64,000 nucleotides of DNA from a virus (IMGVR_UViG_3300029288_000071:32001-96000), one strand, 5' to 3'; numbered from the stretch's first letter, positions 22,116 to 32,648 are shown. Notes: generated by a model from the sequence alone, not told the origin. Made by a program: numbers and translations.

Positions 22116-23206
22116 AATTGACTTTCAATAAGTTCTCGAATTTTTTGTAAAGTTTGATCTTTGATTAATTTCCCATCCAAAAAAACAGTTTCAAGCAAGC
22201 CATCATGCTCTTCATCCATTGTAACTTGTTGTTGGACAGAAATTTTTCCATCAACATTTCTTTCCAACTTCATCATTCCTTTGTGAGATTTTTTCATCCC
22301 ATCATCTGTTTTTGGATCTTTGAAAATTTCAACTTGTCCACGAGATACTGTTTGACCCCAAGTTGCTTTCATTGCAAATCCATAAGAATCTCTTGTTACA
22401 TATTCATAAATGTAAGAGCCTATTCCCAAAACAATATTTGTGCTTGCAAATCCCTTATATTTCAATTGTTGTAGAATTTGCCATTGTCTTTCAAGATTAA
22501 TTGAATCTCCATAAATGAGACCAATATGCGGATTAAGTTCTTTATAACCCAAACGAGAATGTTCCAGTAAAAGAAAGAAGATGACCTGCACCTGACATTG
22601 CAGCATCTTCTAATCCTGACATTCCCCGGTAACTAAAATCATGGCCTTGCCATTTGATAAAATCTCTTGATGAACCGGTCTCTTTAGCAAATATTTCAAA
22701 AGCTCTTCGATATTGAAAAGCTGTAGTTGCTGAAGTACAGGGTTTCCATAAAATATTTGACATTTGAGTTTCAATCATGTTTGTCAACCAGAAAAATTCT
22801 GGTTTAGTATTACGAATTGTCAAAAGTGGAACATTAGTAGGAACTAAGGTTCCTTCAGGAACTGCTTTGATTCTCAATGGAAGATGTCCTAATTCCCAAA
22901 GAGCATCTATATGATCAAATTTGATTGCATCTTTTCCCAAGTAATTGTTGATCCGACGTTTGTATTCTCTCAAAACAATGTCTTTTGGCCGGCTAAAAAA
23001 TTTTTCATTAAACTGAGCAATGAGATATTCTTTTATGTAGTATTGTAAACCAAACATTATTACATAATCAAAATTTGTACGAGATTTTCGGGGTGTAAAA
23101 TTAGAATAAACATATTGTGTGTCAGATGGATATTGGTGTCAGATGGATATTGGAATCGATGACCAACTTTATATCCATCTTTTTGTAGAATTGGTGATAC
23201 TTTCAT
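22112..23206 (-). pseudogene. nicotinamide phosphoribosyltransferase-like (NadV/Namat), disrupted
   Basis: DGYKVGH..QYP, YSNFTPR, HDFSYRG, IYGDSI, KDPKTD; 17-bp tandem duplication at 23120-23153 and internal deletion near 22560. Confidence 0.85.
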
Positions 23207-23209
23207 ACT

Positions 23210-23863
23210 TCATCCTTTCATATTTGCATATTTTAAGAGAAATTTTAATTGTTCTTTAATTTCTTTTGTTTTTGTTAAACTCCAAGAGAGATTATGTTGG
23301 AAATCTTTGAATACTAATCCTTCATTTTCTCCTGTTGATCCATCATATTTAATTCCTTTTAAAAAATCTTTCCAAGATTCAAGTTCGAAAGATTTTGCAA
23401 TACCAATTACCACACTTCCTAAGTTTAAATAAATTTGTTCAGGAGCTTCTAAAATATGCTTACCTTGATTAAGAGCATAGTTTTTGAAAACTACAGTTAA
23501 AATATCATATCTATTTTTGTAAGATAGCTTTGTTAAATCTTTTCCTTGGAAAACAGGAATATCCCAAAGGTAAAGTCTATTAGAAATTTCTCCTTGTTTT
23601 CTTCCAATCAATTCTCCATCAAGTAAAGTATCATTTTGAAAAATTTCTTTAAGAATATTCCAATCACTTTCAATGGATGGAGTTAAAGTTGTATGATTTC
23701 TATCCCACATTGTTACTCTAGAGTCTGTAATCTCAGGAATTGTTCTGGATCCATTTTTCTTAAGTTGAAATTTATAATTCTTAAGAATATCTAATTTTCT
23801 CAGATTCTCAATAATAGAATCTGGATTGTAGATAATTTTGGGTTTTGAAGGCCATAGAAACAT
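23210..23863 (-). CDS. ATP-dependent ligase/capping-type nucleotidyltransferase, catalytic domain only
   Basis: KKNGSR (motif I-like), LLDGEL, LWDI, EGLVFK. Confidence 0.7.
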   Translation of the reverse strand: MFLWPSKPKIIYNPDSIIENLRKLDILKNYKFQLKKNGSRTIPEITDSRVTMWDRNHTTLTPSIESDWNILKEIFQNDTLLDGELIGRKQGEISNRLYLWDIPVFQGKDLTKLSYKNRYDILTVVFKNYALNQGKHILEAPEQIYLNLGSVVIGIAKSFELESWKDFLKGIKYDGSTGENEGLVFKDFQHNLSWSLTKTKEIKEQLKFLLKYANMKG

Positions 23864-24538
23864 TTTTAATCCTCATCATATTCATGTTCTTCATCACGTT
23901 CTTCAACAATAGCATCTCTATATTCTTGTAAAGCTTTTCTATCATAGCCTAATTTATTAGTGAGATGTTCTTCAATCATTAAAACTTTGTAAGACTTTTC
24001 AGTCATATCTGCGGGGAATTCATGACCATCTTGTGAAAACCAAACTCTATAAAGTCCATGTTCTTGAGTTGGTTTTTCAACTCTTGCAATTGTTCTTTTT
24101 TGTAGTTTTAAACCTTTTCTCAATTCTTCCATTTGTTTCACAACCTTTAGCATTGCAGTATTTGTTTTTTTGGCCATTGGTATTACTCCTTAATAATTAT
24201 GTTATAGAACAATCTAACACTTTAATCCTTCATAGTAAACAACTGACAAAAATTAATTTATTGATGAACTGTTTTGGAATGTAATACGTTTGTATTCAGA
24301 TGAAGCTAATAGATAGGTAGCTAATAGTTCAGATAAAACTGCTATTGCTATAGGTAGAGGTATATTATTATTTTGAAAGATCAAATGTACGTCTTGCATA
24401 ATTGCTTCTTGATTTTTAGGATCAATAGTAGGGCCATTTAACTTAACAGAATCAATAATCTGTAAAGTTTTAGCAGTAAAATATTCTTCTAACTTAATTT
24501 GTTCTTCCATATATTTATTAGTAAGGATTGTAGTTTTT

Positions 24539-25168
24539 ATGAATAATCGAGAAAAAACAAAAAAAGAAAAATATCAAATACAAAATTGGTGTAAATTACA
24601 TCGTAAAGAAAGATCAGAATTATCTAAAAAATTTTGGTCAAATCCAGAAAATAGAAGACGATTAGGAATTACTCAATCTAAACGCCTCACTCCTGAAGTT
24701 AGAAGAAAACAAGGCATATCTAAACAAAAATCTTGGACTCCAATCCTCGGTGTAATCCTTTCAAAACAAATAACTTTAGGTAGAAACCGTCAAAATGCAG
24801 AAAAAATATGTAAAGAATTTTATAAATCTAGAAAAGGAAATTTTAAAGATTCTAGTAATCTAGTACCTTATAAAACTCAATGGCAATTAACTGCATTTAA
24901 AAAATTAGATGATAACCCTTTAATTAAAAATTGGAATTTTCTTACTGTTGCAATTCAATATAAAGACTTATTGCGTGATAAATTTAGTCATATAGCAATA
25001 GATCTTGAAGTTTTTTATAATGATGGTACTAAAAAACTTATTTTAATACGCCCTGATGGAATGCAACTTGAACATCATGAATTTAATTCATTAAGTTATA
25101 TTGAAAAATACTGTATAGAAAATAAGTATTCTTTTGAAATTTGGACAAAAGAAGCTTTTACTTTATAA
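24539..25168 (+). CDS. putative homing endonuclease (NUMOD-like N terminus, TnsA-like C terminus)
   Basis: Lone plus-strand gene; basic repeats then DLEVFY...KKLILIRP...FEIWT. Confidence 0.55.
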   Translation: MNNREKTKKEKYQIQNWCKLHRKERSELSKKFWSNPENRRRLGITQSKRLTPEVRRKQGISKQKSWTPILGVILSKQITLGRNRQNAEKICKEFYKSRKGNFKDSSNLVPYKTQWQLTAFKKLDDNPLIKNWNFLTVAIQYKDLLRDKFSHIAIDLEVFYNDGTKKLILIRPDGMQLEHHEFNSLSYIEKYCIENKYSFEIWTKEAFTL

Positions 25169-25577
25169 TCAAATCACATTTCAAAGGATAATTTTGAATC
25201 AAAGACATAAAATCTGATTTACTATTTTTTGAAACTATAATTTTACTTACATGTTCTTGAAATGTATAAGGGGGTTCAAGAATTTCATATTGTCTATTTT
25301 CTTGATCTGATTTTTTCTTTAATATTTTAGTTTCTGATCTCATTTTTGTCTCATTTTTTAACTATTTCTACTTCTGCCCAAGCAACAAGATGGACCCATT
25401 CATTTTTCATATTTTTACAAAGTGAATACATTCCATCTATATGATAAAAATCTAATATTTCATCTTCTTCAATTTCAGGAGCAGCTGGAGGAATTTTTCT
25501 ACAATTTCTTTTTCCACTTGCTAATTGTTTACATACTTTAATTCTTGTATTTCTTGGAACATTATAAAGTTTCATAG

Positions 25578-25651
25578 TATTCCCGAGCGGATTCGAACCG
25601 CTACAACACAATTTAGGAAATTGTGACTCTGTCCAATTGAGCTACGGGAAT
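25578..25651 (-). tRNA. tRNA-Arg(CCT)
   Basis: Cloverleaf, anticodon arm ACAAT-TTCCTAA-ATTGT. Confidence 0.85.
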
Positions 25652-25770
25652 ATAAACTGGTTCTCGTAGGAAGAACCAGTAAGCCCTTTTACCAATATAA
25701 ATTCCTCGTGTTCATTTGATTTGTGTCCTCCTTTCTAAAATGAATAAAATTGTAGAAATTAAGGGTAAAG

Positions 25771-25833
25771 CTTGATTTATGTTTTATCGGTAGTACCGCA
25801 ATCCTACTTTAAAAAGCAAAAGTAGATTTGTCA
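25771..25833 (-). ncRNA. unnamed structured RNA motif A, copy 3
   Basis: GACAAAUCUAC...GUAGGAUUGCGGUACUACCGAUAAAACAUAAAUC. Confidence 0.6.
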
Positions 25834-25862
25834 TTAATGAGGCTAATCAGGCCATCATTAAG

Positions 25863-25936
25863 TAGCCCAGATGGGATTCGAACCCATAGATTTCTGATTC
25901 TAAGTCAGATAGATATGCCAGTTCTCGTACTGGGCC
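25863..25936 (-). tRNA. tRNA-Leu(TAG), short variable loop
   Basis: TCTGA-CTTAGAA-TCAGA. Confidence 0.8.
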
Positions 25937-26139
25937 GTTATGTTTCTTTCTTCATACAATTACAAGGTGAAAATCTTTTACATTTACAATTTTCGCAACT
26001 ATAAGTTGGAAATTTCCCTTTTTCAACTCTATTTCTGAGTCTCTTAAGGCCTTTATAATCTTTTTTTACTGCTACTATTCCCATCCAAACTGGATTTGTT
26101 TGATTTTCTTCCATATTCTTCCTGTTAATAAATATCTTT

Positions 26140-26406
26140 TAATTTAACCAAGTGTACCCTAGATTCTGTTTTATTCTATCATCTGTCTTGTGGCCGCTAC
26201 CCGTATTATTTGCTTAAGAAAAGTGCCAAGCTAATACTGTTTGCGTTGCATACATGCTAAGTAGTATAAGCGAGTCTAGCATTCTCGGGTTAACTGCCCC
26301 AGCGCTATAAGTCAAGACTCTCCTACCCTTTCCTTTATATGTCTAGAGGTTCCTCTCATCTTTCTGAACTAGTCGAAAGGTAGAGCGATAGATCCTTCAG
26401 TTAAAA
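26140..26406 (-). ncRNA. rnpB: RNase P RNA (compact)
   Basis: GAGGAACCUCUAGA pairs with ACAGAAUCUAGGGUA (P4); GCAACGCAAACAG, CGGGUAGCGGC, AGACAGAUGAUAGA/UCUAUC (P2). Confidence 0.8.
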
Positions 26407-27071
26407 GTATTTTTTATAATTTCGTCTGCTTCAGATTCAGGAAAACCAGCTTCATTAATCAAAATATTTCTTAATCGAGATTTATAATCTTCAATAGCTT
26501 TCTTTAAAGTTGATCTAAGTATTTTATTGATTTCTTTAAGTTTTTCAAAATCGTCTTTAAGTTTTTCTGATTCTTTGTCTTTAATAGGTTGAAATAAATC
26601 ATTCCAGTCTTTTTCGGCGGTATCATCATAGGGTTTTTCAATTCCTTTAACCCATTTATACCATTTATTTTTATCATCTCCATAATGGGGAATTTCCCAA
26701 TAATTTGTTGGTTTAGCCATTATTTCTCCTTTTCAAATACATAAAAGCTTTTTGTCAATGGAAAATTTTCAAATCTTCTAAAAGTAAGTGAATATCTTCC
26801 TACTAATTTAAGTTTTTCTCCTGTTTCTTCCATTAAGCTACCAACACCATAAGTGATGAACTTTCTTGATTCTAAATTTTTATTATAATTCTTTTGACTT
26901 ATATACTTTGTTGTGTCTTTTTCTGCTATTGCTATTAAATATAACTGAACATCTTTTTTTAATAAGTCGTCATGAATTACTTCTATATCAAGAATTTTTG
27001 CACTTTTTGGCATTTTTATGATTTGTACATGATCTATTGCAAAAGGAAATTTCATTAAATATTTTGACATT

Positions 27072-27746
27072 TTATTCATTCTGAGCATTTAACCATTCTT
27101 GGGTAGGTTCTTCTTTTAATTGAAAATGAATGAGGCACAATTGATTTCTACCTTGAAATTTAGTAGGATCACCTGTTATTTTTTCAAGCCAAATATTTAA
27201 TGAATAATTATCTGAAAGATACCAAGTAACTTTTCTTCCTTTTCCTTTTTCAGCTAAAGTATAAACTGAATTTGGATTAGTATATGTTAGCCAAACAAGA
27301 GCTTGATGAGTAAAATCTCCTGTAGTTCCTATAGTATCAACTTTATGTTGAGTTAAAGTATCTCCAATAGCTACATAATTTTCTTTAGTTATGATCCATA
27401 AAGTAGAATCAGCAGTTTTGACAAGAATTCTGAATAATGCTTGTCTTTTGTCTCCTCTTCCTACAATAGTATCTACTTGAAAATCTATATGTGATACAGT
27501 ATCAGTACTAGTTGGATATATTATAGGTTTGTAAAGCCATAAAACTCTTCTATTCATATACATGTTAATAACTGTATCTTTGAGATTGTTTTCTCTTACA
27601 AATAGATAAGTTAAATTAGCTTTTTGTTGTGTCCATTCCCATCTATTGTTATTGGGAATTTTTATAAATTGACTTTGAACTATAGTAGAAAATACTATAA
27701 TTAAAGAGACTAAAAGCAATAATTTGCGCATAATACATCCTTTCAT
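27072..27746 (-). CDS. secreted hypothetical protein
   Basis: Signal peptide MRKLLLLVSLIIVFS; start uncertain. Confidence 0.6.
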   Translation of the reverse strand: MKGCIMRKLLLLVSLIIVFSTIVQSQFIKIPNNNRWEWTQQKANLTYLFVRENNLKDTVINMYMNRRVLWLYKPIIYPTSTDTVSHIDFQVDTIVGRGDKRQALFRILVKTADSTLWIITKENYVAIGDTLTQHKVDTIGTTGDFTHQALVWLTYTNPNSVYTLAEKGKGRKVTWYLSDNYSLNIWLEKITGDPTKFQGRNQLCLIHFQLKEEPTQEWLNAQNE

Positions 27747-27761
27747 AAAATTGAAAAATAA

Positions 27762-27987
27762 ATCAGCAGAACCAAACAAAATTATAACAATAAAGAGTTT
27801 TATCTAAATAAGTTTTAACGTCAGGCAATCTTGCGACGCCCTAATAACAATTAAGTATTTAGTTGTAACTGCATGAGCTTTGATTTTTTCATTTTCATCA
27901 ATCTCTATCTATATCTTATGCACGGACGATAAATTAGCCAAAGGCTAAATGCTCAGTATTTATTATAAAATTGCCGATCCTGCTGAT
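27762..27987 (-). ncRNA. putative ~225-nt ncRNA closed by a 12-bp terminal stem
   Basis: AUCAGCAGGAUC/GGUUCUGCUGAU encloses a non-coding gap. Confidence 0.45.
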
Positions 27988-28013
27988 CAGGCACTGAGGA
28001 GTTTGAGTCCCTC

Positions 28014-28487
28014 TTATAACCATTCATCAGGAATTGTTACATTCTTTTTAGCATTATAGCTATCAATAAGATCTTGAAGTTCAGCTATTCTTTTTGTGGC
28101 TTCTTTTTCAAATTGATCAACAGCTTCTTGTTTAAGAAATGCTTCATATTCTTCTTTGATTATTTCAGTTCTTGAATATGGATCTCTTTGAAGAAAGTCT
28201 CCATCTCTTGTTGGAAGGGTTTTAACTTGAGCTAAAAGCCCTCTTGCTTCTTGCATTTCATAAATCTGTGCAATGATATCAAAATTTGCTTGAGAAATTA
28301 AGGTTTTTGCTTTTGCAATTCTGCTCACAACATCTTTAATGTTAGCAAAAACTTCTCCTCTATCAACTTTTGAAGTTGAAGTTTTCAATCTTGAATTTTC
28401 TCTATGCAAAATTGCAATTAGAGTTTTGTATTCATTTGTGAATCGTGATTTAATCTTTAACAATCTTGCTAATGATACTTCTGCCAT
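28014..28487 (-). CDS. DIP1984-like coiled-coil protein
   Basis: SLARLLK, ISQAN, LQDLIDSYNAK pattern. Confidence 0.6.
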   Translation of the reverse strand: MAEVSLARLLKIKSRFTNEYKTLIAILHRENSRLKTSTSKVDRGEVFANIKDVVSRIAKAKTLISQANFDIIAQIYEMQEARGLLAQVKTLPTRDGDFLQRDPYSRTEIIKEEYEAFLKQEAVDQFEKEATKRIAELQDLIDSYNAKKNVTIPDEWL

Positions 28488-28766
28488 AAGGCCTCCAATT
28501 TTATTCTATACATTCTTGAAATGATTTTAAGTTTTGTGTTTTCATATCATCGTCTTTTATTTGTCGATGTTCATTAGATTGATTAAGTAATTCAATAAGA
28601 TTTTCTAATAGCTTTTTATAAAGCTCTCTAGTTGGATCATTACCTGGAGTATGTAAAAATTGATAGAGATAATTTGCATAAGCATAAGCATTATCACCTC
28701 TAATGAATATGCCTGTCCAATCATCTTTAAATTTCATAGGACCTGTTTCAGCTCTCATATTTTTCT

Positions 28767-29300
28767 CTAATTTTTCTTTTCTTTATATCTACAAATATGA
28801 TCAGCAGCATAACTTGCAGCTGGTGAATCTGGTTTTACATTACATTCAAAACCCATTGCATTAACATAACCTACTGCTTCAGCTAAGTATTTGTTTGATT
28901 CCCATTCTTTTTTCTTATTAAAATCTAATTGAGGATCTATTTTCTTAACATTTGAAATGTTTTCTATTCCTGCAGCTTTAAGTAATTGAGTAATTTCTAC
29001 TAGTCTATAAGCTTCAGTCATAAGTCTCCCATGAGTACCACCACCATACATTGTTACTTTTTCTTTTTTACTTCTTCTATAAACAATATGAGCTCCATGA
29101 CTTACTCCATCTATCCATTTCCACAAACAAATTACTTCACTAAAAACTGCTTTACCCCTGAATAAACCATGAGGAATACTATCAACTCCAATCATTATAA
29201 TGAATTTTGCACTTGCATTTTGGCTCAAATATGCTTTAATATATTCTCTAACATCAGCAATTTTTGTGCCGTCCCATTTCCGAAACTCATCATAAATCAT
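28767..29300 (-). CDS. RNase H-like YkuK (DUF458) family protein
   Basis: IGVDS, RLMTEA, LDFN, KPDSPAASYAADH. Confidence 0.8.
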   Translation of the reverse strand: MIYDEFRKWDGTKIADVREYIKAYLSQNASAKFIIMIGVDSIPHGLFRGKAVFSEVICLWKWIDGVSHGAHIVYRRSKKEKVTMYGGGTHGRLMTEAYRLVEITQLLKAAGIENISNVKKIDPQLDFNKKKEWESNKYLAEAVGYVNAMGFECNVKPDSPAASYAADHICRYKEKKN

Positions 29301-29573
29301 TGTCTTCCTTAATTTAATTGTTGTTTGATTTTATTCTGACTTCATAAAATGAAGATTTTGTATGTTGTAATTTTTTTAAAGCTTGTTCTCTACTTTTTTC
29401 TGTTTGATAAGAGCTATGTTTATGCCATTCATTATCTCTTTTAGACCAACACCATTTTCTTATCCATTTACATTCAATAATAAATGGTTTTTTAATTTTT
29501 TTCTTTTTAGTTGGTTCTAATATTTCTTTTTCTTGAAGATTCTTTTTTTTCAATATGGGTTGCATAATATAAT

Positions 29574-29933
29574 TTAATCTTTATCAGATAAATGTAAACC
29601 TTTTGCTTGAAAAATTTCAAAAGGAATATTAAAATCTTCACAAACTAATCTAATTCTTTCAATGCCAATAGGATTCCAAGAAATACAATATACTTTTTGA
29701 GGTAATTCATTCTTAAGTATTATATATCTTTGTAGCAAAATTGAACCATCAGATTCTATTGAACCTAAATCATGATCTAAGTATATGATTGAATATGAAT
29801 TTTTCTTTATAAGTGAGATAGCTTCTTCAAATGAAGTAGCTATATGCATTGTAGATGAGTCAAGTCCATACCATTCAGGTTTTTTATTATCATCAACAAA
29901 TAAAATATTACTCAAGTTGTTTAATCTCTTCAA
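29574..29933 (-). CDS. cyclic-phosphate-processing receiver domain protein
   Basis: LFVDD, YLDHDLG, SWNPIG. Confidence 0.75.
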   Translation of the reverse strand: MKRLNNLSNILFVDDNKKPEWYGLDSSTMHIATSFEEAISLIKKNSYSIIYLDHDLGSIESDGSILLQRYIILKNELPQKVYCISWNPIGIERIRLVCEDFNIPFEIFQAKGLHLSDKD

Positions 29934-30164
29934 TAGGTTTTATGTCTTCAAAAATTGCTAATTTAATTTCTTGTGCGAAAATCCACGTATTTGGTTGGTC
30001 ATTTTGTTTTAGAATAACTTCACAATCTAGAAATTTTTTATAGAAATTAATTCCTGATTTTATTCTTTCTTCAGTACCTTCTATAGGAACTTTAGCAATT
30101 AGCAGAAAACGTCTATCGTCTATAGAAGCAGTTTCAAATATTGGGAAATATTGTATTTTCATAG

Positions 30165-30251
30165 TAGCCCAGGAGGGACTTGAACCCTCACGCCCTCTAA
30201 CGAGCATCAGATTTTAAGTCTGATATGTTCTTCCAATTTCATCACTGGGCC
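30165..30251 (-). tRNA. tRNA-Leu(TAA)
   Basis: Type II cloverleaf. Confidence 0.88.
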
Positions 30252-30259
30252 ATTTACAG

Positions 30260-30344
30260 CGGAAGATATGCGAGTTGAACGCATTCTCGATTTCCCGAGG
30301 CCTTGGTTTAGCAAACCAGCCGATTACCGTTATCGTCATCTTCC
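30260..30344 (-). tRNA. tRNA-Ser(GCT)
   Basis: Type II cloverleaf, G73. Confidence 0.85.
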
Positions 30345-30484
30345 ATTGCCTTGTTCAAAGTACAAGGCTAAACTTGGAAAGTAGACTGAACTATAAAGCA
30401 AGTTCTGTCCCCGCCGCCACTTGATTTTTAAGAAAATCAAGAAAAAGACTATAAGTCAGTCTCTACAAAGAGAAGACTGGGGAT

Positions 30485-31675
30485 TTATTTTACTTTATAA
30501 AGTAACATTGTTCCACGAACAAGAATTCTGTTCAAAGATGTTGACTTAATAAATATCCTGTAATTCATATGATTTCCAGGTTTTACTTTGCATACTGTAG
30601 TCGAAGGCATCTGTAGAACTTGTCTTGCTTGATCACCACCATAAATCTTTCCATTTGATTTGTCCATGATCAAAATTTCTTTGTAATCTTGAACTTTTTC
30701 AGGCTTTGTTAGTTCATAAAAACCATTGCCTTTTACAAAATTCAAACCTTCTGATTCTACAAAATCTTTGATAGAACATTCTTTCATGACTTGTAATTTC
30801 TTGAATTGATTATTCATGACATCTAAATTAGCTTGAATAGCTGATTTAGATACTTTTGACATATCAGTTGTGAAGAAAGATTTTGTAGATGTTTGACCCA
30901 AACTTCTTGCATGGAAATAACTAGAAGTTCCAATATTAGCAGCAACTGATAAATTTTGGATTCCTATTTTTGTTTGATCCCATTCAGTAATATTTCCAGC
31001 TGGTACTCCAAAAAAAGATTGAATATAATGAGAATCACCTCTAGGAACACTAAATACAAAACTCCATCTATCAGTTCCTTGTTTATCTCTGATTTTCTTT
31101 GCAATATTTGCTGCATTACTGATTCGTGAACTGTTTTCTTGTCCATCAGTTATTGTGATGAGAAGAAAACTTATATCTTCTGTATTATGTGAAGCTTGAT
31201 GATCTAATTCTATAAGTGCAGTATCTACTGCATCAATTAAAGCTGTACCACCATTTGGTTCATAATCATTAGCTTTAATTGGGTGTATCATTCTTGATTC
31301 TATATCTTTACAGATCCACTCAAAACCAGTAGAAAATTTTCCGATTGAAATGAATGTTTGCTGGTTGAGTTTGTATGCTTCATTTCTAATTGTGTCAATT
31401 TGAGAATTTAAAACATTTATTGCATCATATCTGAGACCTTGCATTGAACCTGAAGCATCAATTAATAGAGCAATTCTATTAATTAGAGGTTTTGTTATTT
31501 GAGGTGCATTTTGTTGTGCAACTGATTGAGTAACTGTTTTTTTAGCTGGAATTCTATCTAGACAGCGTTTACAAGTTACTTTTGAATTTGTTTTTGTTAC
31601 GTTTGTTGTGTATTGCGTTTGACCACAAATGGGATAGCCATCTGAGTCAGATTTGTGCCATTTGAGTTGTGACAT
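30485..31675 (-). CDS. VWA domain protein
   Basis: LIDASGSM, GGTALIDA, ITDGQENSS. Confidence 0.85.
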   Translation of the reverse strand: MSQLKWHKSDSDGYPICGQTQYTTNVTKTNSKVTCKRCLDRIPAKKTVTQSVAQQNAPQITKPLINRIALLIDASGSMQGLRYDAINVLNSQIDTIRNEAYKLNQQTFISIGKFSTGFEWICKDIESRMIHPIKANDYEPNGGTALIDAVDTALIELDHQASHNTEDISFLLITITDGQENSSRISNAANIAKKIRDKQGTDRWSFVFSVPRGDSHYIQSFFGVPAGNITEWDQTKIGIQNLSVAANIGTSSYFHARSLGQTSTKSFFTTDMSKVSKSAIQANLDVMNNQFKKLQVMKECSIKDFVESEGLNFVKGNGFYELTKPEKVQDYKEILIMDKSNGKIYGGDQARQVLQMPSTTVCKVKPGNHMNYRIFIKSTSLNRILVRGTMLLYKVK

Positions 31676-31729
31676 AAGAGGAGCCCTTCTATTAGTTATT
31701 AGTTACTATTTAATTAATTATGTTTAAAG

Positions 31730-31817
31730 TAGCCTACCAGGGACTTGAACCCTGAATTGTTTCTGTGTATGCCATAGCTTTTGAGGCTATCGTCTTTGCC
31801 AGTTTGACTAGTAGGCC
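31730..31817 (-). tRNA. tRNA-Leu(CAA)
   Basis: ATAGC-CTCAAAA-GCTAT. Confidence 0.82.
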
Positions 31818-31826
31818 ATTATTTTT

Positions 31827-31901
31827 TGGGTGAAAGACGGGAGTCGAACCCGCTAGCAATTGGTTCACAGCCAACCCTCGCACCGTTTGAGTTCAATCAC
31901 C
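31827..31901 (-). tRNA. tRNA-His(GTG)
   Basis: G-1 and encoded CCA. Confidence 0.8.
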
Positions 31902-32265
31902 ATGTGTATCATAACCTATTTTTTGCATTAATATTGCAATTTCAGTTTTATAATTTTTTGAACGAACAATTAAAGAATAATATTTAGCAATATATTGACT
32001 TCCAACAACAGTTGGATGTACAGGAGTCCATTGTCTTGTTTCAGGTCTAAAAGCTAAATCACAATCATAAATTATTTCAAAATCTTTTAACTTTCGATAA
32101 TTTTCAGGAATATCAATATAATCATTATATTTGAGAATCATTTTCATTAAAATATTCCGGTGTCCTACCTTTAGACGAAGAAAAAACCAGCTATAAATAC
32201 TTATTATATACTTATACTTTAATGGTAAATTCTGTAAGATTCGGACTTACATTACCGGTTTTTAG

Positions 32266-32337
32266 AGTCGGATATCAGATTTGCACTGATGTATTAGGTT
32301 TTGCAGACCTATGCCTAAGCTACTCGACCAATCCGAC
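32266..32337 (-). tRNA. tRNA-Cys(GCA)
   Basis: Cloverleaf, U73. Confidence 0.8.
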
Positions 32338-32648
32338 ATTTCTGGCTATTAGCGGCCAGCTGCGCTGAGTAATTTTATTTATGAAAAATCAATATCATTA
32401 AATTCTTCTAAATTTTTTAAAATATTTTTTGTAATTTTAAAAGTCCACCAGCAACCTAATACAATAGCTGCTAAAGTAAAAATTTTAGATGTTTTTTTCA
32501 TTCTTTTATTTCTTCTAATTTTCCTCTACAATAAGGGCATTTATATAAAAATCTTGAAGGATCTGAAATACTTGGAAATTTTAATCGCTGAGTTTCCCAA
32601 ATTTTCTTTTTACAATCTTCACATTGATATCGTTTTTCTTTTTCCATG

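Noticed and set aside
22542-23057. Intein or intron splitting the NAMPT-like gene
   Set aside because: Sequence is missing rather than inserted; no splice or intein motifs
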